Origin: Macrostomum lignano
Taxonomy: Eukaryota
Direction of reading: 5' to 3'
NCBI GenBank assembly: GCA_002269645.1
Contig: NIVC01000038.1
Location: forward strand, 1-64,000
DNA length: 64,000 nt
Positions within the stretch are counted from its first letter, which is position 1. Each line of letters begins with the position of its first letter. Below are positions 22,643 through 33,305 of the stretch, one piece after another. The translations under genes were made by a program, and so were the position numbers. Below the pieces are notes generated by a model that did no database searches, was not told the origin of the DNA, and saw only the letters and a program-made list of their open reading frames with translations.

Positions 22643-23837
22643 CATGGGAGTACCAATGCTACTCAAAGTGACCGAAAGCAAAGCCACTTTACTCTACTTT
22701 TCCTAGCCTGTCACAAGACATGTTTTTAAATTATTTCAATTTGCAATCGAGCAAAATATAGTCAGATGAGAAGTCTTTGACTGAGCATGTCAACTGAAAT
22801 TTTCATTATTTTGTTAATTTTTTTCTAAAATTTGCGTGCAGTGCAAATCTGCTAAGGAATTCTAGAAAATAATTTTTTGCAGTTATTCTGTCTGCGCGAT
22901 TCTCATGAAAAATTAATTGTCACCTGTCAACTTCTACCAAAAGCCTTGGGAACTTTAGTTAAAAAAAAACTACGAAAAATCGCAGCCGAAAGACTCTTTG
23001 ACACCTGTGTGCTTCTGTTCTTTGCCATTGTTAATCTCTGATCTACTTGTCACTCAATGCTTGGCTCAACGATGCCCAAGAACAGCAGCATGGGCTAAAT
23101 GATACTTCGAGTGCCTTCGGCGACAATGTACTGAACAGCGATGCAGACTTTCAGCTGATTTTCTCTAAAAACCAAATCGATATTTCATTTGGCATAACTA
23201 GATATTTCTGACAATATGTGATTTGAAAATGCTTTCAAAGTCGTATCATCTGCCTTTTTTTAGACTTAGCTAGTGTAATAGGGCATGAATTAGGAACGGG
23301 ATGGATTTGCTTTTACGCTACTAACAGTAGTTTCCGGTAGCGGAAATGTGTGTAATTAGGACAGTAGCAGCCCACTGGTCTGATGTGCCAGCTAGTAGAG
23401 GCCCAAGCTCGATTCCCAGTGCAGTCACATTATAATTTGAGGCTAAATTGGAATCTCGGCTTGGCTCTGCTACACATGCAATTAACGCCATTGAGGGCCA
23501 ACCCCCCAAGGCACAGTGAAGTGTACATGCCTAACGATAAATAAAGTTACGCCTACGTATCAGCGCGCTTCTGTGCCTGCTCAGGGGAGTCGACGGAATG
23601 TGTAAAGACGCGGGACAAGAACCTGAAGTAATCTGTAAGCAAGCGACGTCTGAAAAAAACTGCTTCCAAACAGCGAGCATCGTCTGAATTCTTGGAGCCA
23701 ATGACGAAACTTTGGCTTAAGAAGACAGAGAGGGAGAGACACAAGCAATCATTTAAAACAGTAAATTGGACTGCCGCACAGTTTGTCTGTTTCGCACAGT
23801 TTGTCTGTTTCTAACATTCTTTACCGATTCGGAAGCC

Positions 23838-24723
23838 ATGAAGGCAAACAGCTTCATTGTCGAATTTCTACTGCTGTGGACGACCATTGAAGCTTTTGTG
23901 CATACGCGGCCTCTCGGATTTCGCTACATCGGTTGCTATAAGGACGGAAACGATACCATCAGGGACTTGATCGGCCTGCAAGGAGTCACAGCTGTCGGCC
24001 CGCACCGAACTCATTCTGGAACCCCGGCCTTCGTAAACAGTACCGTCATGACGCTGGAGCTGTGCAGCCAAATCTGCGCCTACGGTCGGTTCCGCTACTT
24101 CGGTGTTCAGGCTGGAGAATTCTGCTGCTGCGGTTCCGCTTACGGCTCGCACGGTGCCGCTCCTGAGAGTCAGTGCAGCTCTGTCTGCACTGGAAACTCG
24201 TCACAGGTGTGCGGTGGAGCCTACAGAAATTCAATCTACGAAATCAGCTACCAACCAAGTACGAAGTTTACCCACTGCAAACTTTCTCTAAGTACATTTA
24301 AAAAGATGTAAAAGAAGTGACACTTGACTTTCAGAAGTCAAATGTCTTTATTCTTAGTTATGCTTGTAATTTTGTGTACGTAATTTTTGCAGCTTAACTG
24401 AATTATTGTGGCAATGCATATCGATATGCAATCGTGTAGTGCCAAGCTTAAAAAAATCTTGTAAACACGCCCCCGCAGGTAGTCCTGCTATGAAGAAGCT
24501 GGCTGTAGCGTCAATACCGAGCATCTCAGCCTCCAGCAGCTCCATCACCCACCGCGACACTACAGCCTATAGCGTTATTGAGTGCGTTTCAGTCTGCCAA
24601 AGCAGTCATGACTGCCTGGGCTGCGCCTTCACGCCATCGAGCCGGCTGTGTCGCCTGCTAAAGTTTGCCGCTGTGCCCGCTGAGGTGGCCAGCGAGGCTG
24701 AGTGGGTGTGGATGAAGCTGTGA
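23838..24723 (+). CDS. Secreted WSC + PAN/apple-like protein, copy F (exons 23838-24258, 24479-24723; 221 aa)
   Basis: gccATG; signal-like MKANSFIVEFLLLWTTIEA; complete WSC; phase-1 intron A|GTACG...ccgcag|GT; PAN exon IECVSVCQSSHDCLGCAF...CRLL; ends WMKL*. Confidence 0.88.
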
Positions 24724-24866
24724 GGCTGAGTGGGTTTCGATGAAGCTGTGAGGCTGAGTGGGTTTCGATGAGGCCGTGAGGCTGAGTGGGTTTCGATGAA
24801 GCTGTGAGGCTGAGTGGGTTTCGATGAAGCTGTGAGGCTGAGTGGTTCCAGCTGGATGAAACTGTG
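24694..24866 (+). repeat. 28-bp stop-codon VNTR of copy F (~6 copies)
   Basis: Same unit as at copy E, with the variant gggtttcgatg. Confidence 0.9.
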
Positions 24867-26079
24867 TTCATGGGTGCACTGGGTTTTCTAAGCAACATAT
24901 TCTAAACTTTATTTATTCATAGAGGTTCTCAATTTAAAGCGATTTTGTTGTCAGTGCCTTGTATTGAGTTTAAAGTAAGTTTTTAGTAAAGAATTCTAAC
25001 TATAAACTGCAGATTAATATTTTTAGACTGCTTTAAAAAGTAAAAGGTTTCAAAGGTGTCAAACTACGAAATATAAACTGATGGAAACTCTGAAACTCTG
25101 TTTTTCGCTATTGAAAAAGTAGCTATCCGAATTTGGGTACTGAGCAACAACAATTGATCATTTTGTTGTGGGCACTGTTAACCCACGCTTAATTTCGTCA
25201 TTTGAAGAGTCGAACGAGAGCAGCACTTTTAGCTAAACTCTTCATTCTCATCGATACTCCTATTTGTATTTTGACACCTGCTAAAATGAGTGTACTGCAC
25301 CCTCAGCTGCTTATTACAATACGCAGGCAAATTGTCTGACACTATATCCCGGTATATATTCGACGATGTGAGGAATGATTCACTTCAGCCGAGCTACGAC
25401 GCCGTCACGCGGACCGAGCATGACACTGGCACCATCCGATACGCACATGACACATTTCGCACGGATGACATTGTACATGACACATTCAGTAACATAAATT
25501 TGAGTTACCATGGATCGAATAAAAAATGACAGGAAAAGCGACAAAAAGCCTCATTAGTTGGAGCAGCCATAGAGTAGGCGACAAATGATGCAGTTCTCAC
25601 ACAGCAGCTGGTCGAGATAAACGAATTGACATGGCATAATCAGCTGGTAGTTTGAATGATGGGGAAAGTCGATGGGGAGAATGCTGATTGCTGTCATGAA
25701 GATGATTGAAGCTGCCTTGCTCTTGCAACTAGCTACATCGATGCATTAATGAACCAGGTGGTATTTCACACGCGCACCTATTCACGCATGGTCTGAGCGG
25801 CCCCCAGATGCTGCGACTTGAGAAACAGCAACTGATGGACGCAGGACAAGCTCAAAACCAAATTTATTCAGTTTAAAGGAATTGAACAAGAGGACTTATG
25901 GCTCGAGAGTTTCTGTAAGAGCATGTAAGCTTCTACAGCAGGTAGATCGATGGGTAAAGATGGAGCTCCCAAAGCATCTCACTTCCTTCCTTTTTTCCTT
26001 CACTCGTGGAAGTGAAGGAAAAACTGTATAGTGAAATGTATAATATAATGGTAAAATTTTCCAAGAAGTATATTTTCCT

Positions 26080-26467
26080 GTCCATCTACATGGATAGTCC
26101 TTTATTGTGGCTGTCTGGCAGCTGCTCCGCTGCAGCCTCTGGGATTTCGCTACCTTGGTTTCTATTCCTTGAAAGGGACTTGAGACTGATAGACACTTGA
26201 AAGGTCTGCTTTGGAGTCACAGCTTTCGGGCCGCAGTCAGTTAAGCCTGACATACCAAATTTCGTAGGAAGCGCTGCAACGACTCTGGAGCCGGTTCCGC
26301 TACTTCGGTGCTCAATTCAGAGTACTGCAGATACGGCTTCGCCTACGGCTCAAATGGCTCTGCTCCTGAGACCGACTGCAGCTCGGCCTGCGCCGGAAAC
26401 CTTGCACAGATGTGCGGTGGAGTATTTAAGAATTCAGTCTACGAAATCAGCTACCCGACCAAGTGAG
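26080..26467 (+). pseudogene. WSC-PAN copy G (decayed exon 1 only)
   Basis: Remnants: gctccgctgcagcctctgggatttcgctac; internal deletion of CSQICAYG; tgcggtgga...gtctacgaaatcagctac. No exon 2 seen downstream. Confidence 0.8.
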
Positions 26468-26478
26468 GTCGTGGCACG

Positions 26479-26660
26479 TTATTTATTTGATTTATTAGAG
26501 GCAGGGGGCTTTGTGCACCCTTGCGAACTTTATGCGACATTGTCACGCAACAGGCGAAAAGCATTACTGACTGCCCATTCCTACGGCGTCATACGCACTG
26601 GCACACACTCACACAGGGTGTAAGAGTGCCGCGCTTGACCACTGGGCTACGGCCACTCCC
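26479..26660 (-). mobile_element. SINE-like remnant with tRNA-type head
   Basis: Minus strand begins GGAGTGGCCGTAGCCCAGTGGTCAAGCGCGG (A-box-like) and ends in an AATAAATCAAATAAATAA tail. No clear B-box. Confidence 0.45.
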
Positions 26661-26710
26661 ATACAAGCACATGGACTTGTACAAGTTTTTTTAGTCTGGG
26701 CCAATTAGGC

Positions 26711-27150
26711 CAATTTCTTCTGGCCTTTGTTTGAATTTGTTTTTTTTGAGTGATCGTTGCTAAATATTTGCAATTTCTTCTGGCCTTTGTTTGAGTTAGT
26801 TTTTTTGAGTGATCGTTGTTAAATATTTGCGATTTCTTCTGGTCTTTGTTTGAATTTGTTTTTTTGAGTGATCGTTGCTAAATATTTGCAATTTCTTCTG
26901 GTCTTTGTTAGAGTTTGTTTTTTTGAGTGATCGTTGCTAAATATTTGCAATTTCTTCTGGTCTTTGTTAGAGTTTGTTTTTTTGAGTGATCGTTGCTAAA
27001 TATTTGCAATTTCTTCTGGTCTTTGTTAGAGTTTGTTTTTTTGAGTGATCGTTGCTAAATATTTGCAATTTCTTCTGGTCTTTGTTAGAGTTTGTTTTTT
27101 TGAGTGATCGTTGCTAAATATTTGCAATTTCTTCTGGCCTCTGTTTGAAT
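26711..27150. repeat. 59-bp tandem repeat, ~7.5 copies
   Basis: Unit caatttcttctggtctttgttagagtttgtttttttgagtgatcgttgctaaatatttg; no spacers. Confidence 0.95.
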
Positions 27151-27180
27151 TTTTTTAGTGAATAAATGTATAATTAATAA

Positions 27181-27260
27181 ACCAGGGGCTTTAGCACCAG
27201 GGGCTTTAGAACCAGGCGCGCCAGCACCAGGAGCGGCGGCACCAGGGGCTTTAGCACCTG
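27181..27260. repeat. 15-bp repeat (accaggggctttagc), ~5 copies
   Basis: Seen directly. Confidence 0.8.
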
Positions 27261-27574
27261 CTGACATGTGCTAGTTACAATATTTACATGTAGTTTCAGT
27301 TGGATAATTCAACCCCTCATCAGATGGTTAGGAAACCAAATGGTTAAATGAAGAAGAAAAGGTTCTCCAACTTTTTTAAGTCTCTTGGGTCCCACAGTTT
27401 AACGAAATTAATATTTAATAGTGATAGCAGCTTCAGTTCGTATTCCAGCAACGTACTTTCGAATTTACTAATAAACATTTTTCACTTTGAGTTATAGCAG
27501 ATAGGAGCTATTATGAGTTGCTTTTGAGCAGGCTTTGAGCATCTTTATGAAATATCTTTGCTTGCAATCATTCT

Positions 27575-27797
27575 CAGCTTCATCCAGACACGCTTAGCCT
27601 CCCTGCTTCATCCGGACCCACTCAGCCTCACAGCTTCATCCAGAGCCACTCAGCCTCACAACTTCATCCGGACCCACTCAGCCTCAGAGCTTCATTCCCA
27701 CCCACTCAGCCTCACAGCTTCATCCAGACCCACTCAGCCTCACAGCTTCATTCAGACCTACTCAGCCTCACAGCTTCATCCAAACCCACTCAGCCTC
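27575..27797 (-). repeat. 28-bp stop-codon VNTR of copy H (~7 degenerate copies)
   Basis: Reverse complement of the unit seen at copies E and F. Confidence 0.85.
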
Positions 27798-28503
27798 GCT
27801 GGCCACCTCAGCGGGCACAGCGGCAAACTTTAGCAGGCGACACAGCCGGCTCGATGGCGTGAAGGCGCAGCCCAGGCAGTCCTGACTGCGTTGACAGACC
27901 GAAACGCACTCAATGACGTTATAGGCTGTAGCGTCGCAGTGGGTGATGGAGCTGTGAGGCTGCTGGAGGCTGAGATGCTCGGCATTGATGCTACAGCCAG
28001 CTTTTTCATTACACGATCACCTACGGGTGCGTTTTTACAAGAATGGTTTAGGCTCGACACAACGATTGCATATCCATAAGCATTGCCACAATAATTCAGT
28101 TCAGCTGAAAGAAATAAATGAAAAAAATCACGAGCATATCTAAGAATAAAAATATTGACTTCTGAAAGTCGGGTGTCACTTCTTTTACATCTTTTTAAAT
28201 GTACTTAGAGAAAGTTTGCAGTGGGTAAACTTCGTACTTTGTTGGTAGCTGATTTCGTAGATTGAATTTTTGTAGCCTCCACCGCACACCTGTGACGAGT
28301 TTCCAGTGCAGACAGATCTGCACTGATTTCAGGAGCGGCACCGTGCGAGCCGTAAGCGGAGCCGCAGCAGCAGTATACTCCAGCCTGAGCACCGAAGTAA
28401 CGGAACCGACCGTAGGCGCAGATTTGGATGCACAGCTCCAGCGTCATGACGGCACTGCTTACAAAAGCCGCGGTTCCAGAATGAGTTCAGTGCGGGCCGA
28501 AAA
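27768..28503 (-). pseudogene. WSC-PAN copy H, inverted paralogue of copy F
   Basis: Intron start gtacgaagtttacccactgcaaactttctctaagtacatttaaaaagatgtaaaagaagtgacac is shared with copy F. Frameshifts in both exons; 5' end cut off at ~28503. Confidence 0.87.
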
Positions 28504-28619
28504 TCTTCTTGCTTCAAGAAGAAGATCACTCTCTCTCTACTCATCAGTTGAGTGATGAGCATAAACAGGGACTTCTGCAATGTAGTGTGGCTGCTTAACA
28601 CACTATGATTCCAATCCAG

Positions 28620-28860
28620 CAAGCATTGGCTTCCGGGAGCCAAAATGGTCAAAAGAAGAGGCGAAAACGTCCGGCTGATCCACCTACCGAGTTTGCTTGA
28701 ATCGCGCGCAACTGCTGATGATAATCGATAGCTTGAACTGTTCAAGAAGACGCATTCCATTCCTATTAAGTTTCCAGTTTTCTGTCAAGAGGCGATTGAG
28801 AAGTTCAGTGCCAGCAAGGATTGGTTCAGTAAAAGAACCGACAATGAGCTTTGCTTATTT
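28620..28860 (+). mobile_element. Possible decayed pogo/Tigger (CENP-B HTH) transposase fragment
   Basis: Translates KRRKRPADPP...PIKFPVFCQEAIEKFSASKDWFSKR, resembling the F.AS.GW..F motif. Contains stops; no TIR found. Confidence 0.3.
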
Positions 28861-29189
28861 GTAACGAACCAATCTCCTGTCCTCCCGTTCTTTTGTTTCA
28901 CCCGTTAGTTAATGCGTCCGTAGTTAGATTTTAGTGACCTATCCTTGGATATTTAACTTACTTTTTAGTAGGAAAAGCTGATAAATATAACATACGAGGC
29001 CAACTCCTCCGTTGGCGGAGTAAGGGGATAGAACTCCCATCGCCAGAATTTCATTTTCTGAAATCCATCAGCTGAATCCAATGACACGAATCCCATCGTC
29101 CAAATTCTTTCCAAATCCTCTATTAACCTCCCAAAAACCATGTTGTTTTACCTTTTTGCAAAAATTGACTGCCTGCCATTTTCCAGGCT

Positions 29190-30590
29190 GAGACTCTCGT
29201 CTGTCCCTCTCTCCTCTCCTTTATCTCCTCTCTGCTCTCTCGTCTCTCTACTTTCTCCCCTCTTCTCTCTCCCTTATCCTCTCGCTTCTATCTCCTCTCT
29301 CTCCCCTCATCTCTACTCATTTATCTCAATTCTCTCTCGTCTTTCGGCTCTACTCCCTCCTGTCTCCTCTTTCTCCTCTCTTACCCCCCTCTCCTCTCTC
29401 CTCTCAATTCCCACATCTCTTCTATCGCCTTTATTCTCTTTTTTCTTTTCTCTAATCTGTCCCTTTTAATTCTCTCTTTTCATGTTCTCTTTCATCTAAT
29501 CTTTTATCTACTCTAGCCTTTTCTCTTTTCTCTATTCCCTTTCATTTAAACATTTCATCCTATCCATGAAACAGCTATCATCAAAATCCTCTCCGTTAAA
29601 CTGCAATCAAGCGTGTATCATCTCCTTCAAGCTACAATCCATCGATTTAAAAAAATATTATCTCTATCAAATTTCAGTCAATCAAGACTATGAAACTGAA
29701 GTCTATAAAAATATGCTTTTTACTTGTCTGGGTATACGTCAAAAAATTTAAAAAAATCCTCCATAAAACCTCTGAAATATCATAGCATGTTTTCCCTGTT
29801 TGCAAAAATTGACTGCCAGGTCCAGACTGAGACTCTCTCCTGTCTCCTCTCTCCTCTTTGCTCCTTTATCTAATCTCTTCTCTCTGCTCTCATCTCCTCT
29901 CTCCTCTCTACTCTTACTTTCTTATCAATCACCTCCCATCTCTCATCTCTCCTCTCTGCGCTCTTATCTCTTTTTCTTATCTCTATTCTCTCATCTTTTC
30001 CCTTTGCTCTCTCATTTCTTTTCTCATCTCTCTCCTGAGTCCTCTCTCTCTTCTCTTCTCGCTTCTCTCTCTCCCGTCTTCTCTCCTGTCTTCTCTCAAT
30101 TCTCTCTTATCTCTCTTCTTCTCTCCCATCTCTCATCTCTACTCGCTTATCTATCGCCTCTCCTCTACCCTGCCCTCTCTCTCTCTCTTCTCTTTTCTCT
30201 CTCGTCTCTTCTCTCTGCTCTCATTTCTCATACTCCTATTTTCTCTCTTACCCTCTCCTTTTTCATCTCTCATCTTTCCCCTCTCCTCTCAACCGTCTCC
30301 TGTCTCATCTCTCTTCTCTCTTCTCTCTCCTCTGTACTCTCTTATCCCTCTCTCCTCCCATCTTTCCTCCCTCCTTTGCTCTCTCATTTTTCCTCTCTCC
30401 CTCCTTTCTTCCCTCTACATTCTCTTCTCTTCGCTCTCCCTCTTCATCATTCCTGCCTCACTCCCCTCTTCTCTCCCCTCTGTCGTCGACTCGTCTTTAA
30501 TCTCACAGCTCTCATATCTACTGTCTTTTCCATTATCTTTCTATCCTCTCTTCTCCTTGAAATCTCTTCTCTCTACTCTCTTATCTGACG
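29190..30590. repeat. CT-rich low-complexity tracts inside Helitron unit 1
   Basis: Near-pure pyrimidine at 29190-29530 and 29830-30590. Confidence 0.95.
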
Positions 30591-31704
30591 GACTGAAAGC
30601 GCCGATAATCAAACCAATTGAAATTTATCACCCGCCTCCTCCATTACTGAAATTACTCAAATGATAGCTGGCTTGAATTTGTGTACGCAACCTCCCCCCC
30701 AACTACAATCTTGGCAGAAAGTTTAAAAGTATGGAAATCGTTTTTTCAATGCTGTGCTTTTTGTTTTCATTTAAAACAAATAACTTATATCCCCAAACTC
30801 AGCGTTGCAAGATCTTTCCAGCAATACAAATTCTCTCCTCTCAAAGCTTAAAACTCAAGGAACAGTTAGCGTTTGAACTTCCCGATTTAAAGCATTGAAG
30901 TATCTATCGAGTGTACATTCACTGCCTGCTAGCTAGTAAGAGGCTCGCAAGTTTATTCCAGGGACTACTCAATTCTAGAGAATTGAGTAGTCCCTGGTTT
31001 ATTCATTGAATTTAGCTGCCCAGCTAAATACAGTCTTGAAAGACGCCGATAATAAAACCAATTGAATATCGACACAGTCCTTATCTATCTGTTTACACAG
31101 TACATTGCTATGTACACTCAGCCCAAACCAACCCCCCTATTCCGGGGGAATCATTAAATTTTACTTCACCCCCAACACGCGGGGTTTTATTAGCATTGAA
31201 CCCAGAACACGCGTCACCCACCCCTCCAATACACAGCGACCCGCGGGAGGAGGTTGGGGTGGTTGTTTTTACAATTATGCCACTACCCCTCCACTGGAGA
31301 GGCAAAGTGGCCAAAGAAGGTTAAGAAAACAGTTTTCTGCTTTTTTAACTGACTTAATTTTGGAAATTTCAACATTAAAATAGCCTATTTGTTGCGTAGG
31401 AAAATTCTGCATTGATATATGTAAGTCCCGCATTTGAGTTGCCAGCCGTCTAGGAGGAGATACGCGTTAAACCCGGCCGGTCGATCGATCCACTCAGCTT
31501 TAGATATAACGAGGCCAACTCCTCCGTTGGCGGAGTGAGGGGATAGAACTCCCATCGCCAGAATTTCATTCCCCGAAACCATCAGCTGAATCCAATGACA
31601 CGAATCCCATCGTCCAAATCCTCTCCAAATCCTATATTAACCTCCCAAAAACCATGTTGTTTTACCTGTGTGCAAAAATTGACTGCCTGCCATCGTCCAG
31701 ACTG

Positions 31705-33305
31705 AGACTCTCGTCTGTCTCCTCTCTCCTCTTTGCTCTCTCATCTCTAATCTCTCCTATCTCCTCTCTGCTCTCTCATCTCTAATCTCTCCTATCTCCT
31801 CTCTGCTCTCATCTCCTCGCTTATCTATCATTTCTCATGTCTACTCTCTTATCTCTCCTCACTACTTTCTCCTCTCAACTTTTTCCTCTCTCCTCTTTTA
31901 TCTCTTCTCTCTCCTCTCCTTTATCTCCTCTCTGCTCTCTCATCTCTCTACTTTCTCCCCTCTCCTCTCTCCCTTATCCTCTTGCTTCTCTCTCCTCTCT
32001 CTCCCCTCATCTCTACTAATTTATCTCTTCTCTCTCGTCTTTTGGCTCTACTCCCTCTGTCTCCTCTTTCTCCTCTCTTACCCCTCTCCTCTCTCCTCTC
32101 AATTCCTTCATCTCTTCTCTCGCCTTTATTCTCTTTTTTTTTCTCTAATCTGTCCCTTTTAATTCTCTCTTTTCATGTTCTCTTTCATCTAATCTTTTAT
32201 CTACTCTAGCCTTTTCTCTTTTCTCTATTCCCTTTCAATTTAACCATTTCATCCTCTCCATGAAACAGCTATCATCAAAATCCTCTCCGTTAAACTGCAA
32301 TCTAGCTTGTATCATCCTCCTTCAAGCTACAATCCATCGATTTAAAAAAATACTATCTCTATCAAATTTCAGTCAATCAAGACTATGAAACTGAAGTCTA
32401 TAAAAATATGATTTTTACTTGTCTGGGTATACGTCAAAAAATCTTCCAAATCTTCCAAATCCTCCATAAAACCTCTGAAATATCATAGCATGTTTTCCCT
32501 GTTTACAAAAATTGACTGCCATCGTCCAGACTGAGACTCTCTCCTGTCGCCTCTCTCCTCTTTGCTCCTTTATCTAATCTCTTCTTTCTGCTTCCTGCTC
32601 TCCATCTCCTCTCTCATCTCTACTCTTACTTTCTTATCAATCACCTCCCATCTCTCATCTCTCCCCTCTACGCTCTCATCTCTATTTTCTCATCTCTATT
32701 CTCTCATCTTTCCCCTTTTGCTCTCTCATTTGTTTTTTCATCTCTCTCTTCTCTCCCTTCTCTTCTCGCTTCGCTCTCTCCCCTCTTCTCTCTATCTCTT
32801 CTCTCATGTCTTCTCTCAATTCTCTCTATCTCTCCTCTTCTCTCTCATCTCTCATCTCTACTCGCTTATCTATCGCCTCTCCTCTACCCTGTCCTCTCTC
32901 TCTCCTCTTTTTTCTCTCTCGTCTCTCCTCTCTGCTCTCAATTCTCATACTCCTATTTTCTCTCTTACCCTCTCCCTCTTCATCTCTCATCTTTCCCCTC
33001 TTCTCTCTACCGTCTCCTGTCTCATCTCTCCTCTCTCTTCTCTCTCCTCTGTACTATCTTATCCCTCCTCTCTCCTCCCATCTTTCCTCCCTCCTTTGCT
33101 CTCTCATTTTCCTCTCTCCCCTCCTTTCTTCCCTCTACTTTCTCTTCTCTTCGCTCTCCCTCTTCATCATTCCCGCCTCACTCCCCTCTTCTCTCCCCTC
33201 TGGCTCTGTCGTCTTTAATCTCTTATCTCTCATATCTACTGTCTTTCTATCATCTTTCTATCCTCTCTTCTCCTTGAAATCTCTCTTCTCTTTACTCTCT
33301 TATCT
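31705..33305. repeat. CT-rich low-complexity tracts inside Helitron unit 2
   Basis: Paralogous to the unit 1 tracts (31705-32240, 32540-33305). Confidence 0.95.

Noticed and set aside
22365-27150. 28-bp and 59-bp repeats as CRISPR arrays
   Set aside because: Units are contiguous with no unique spacers, no cas genes, and the context is eukaryotic.
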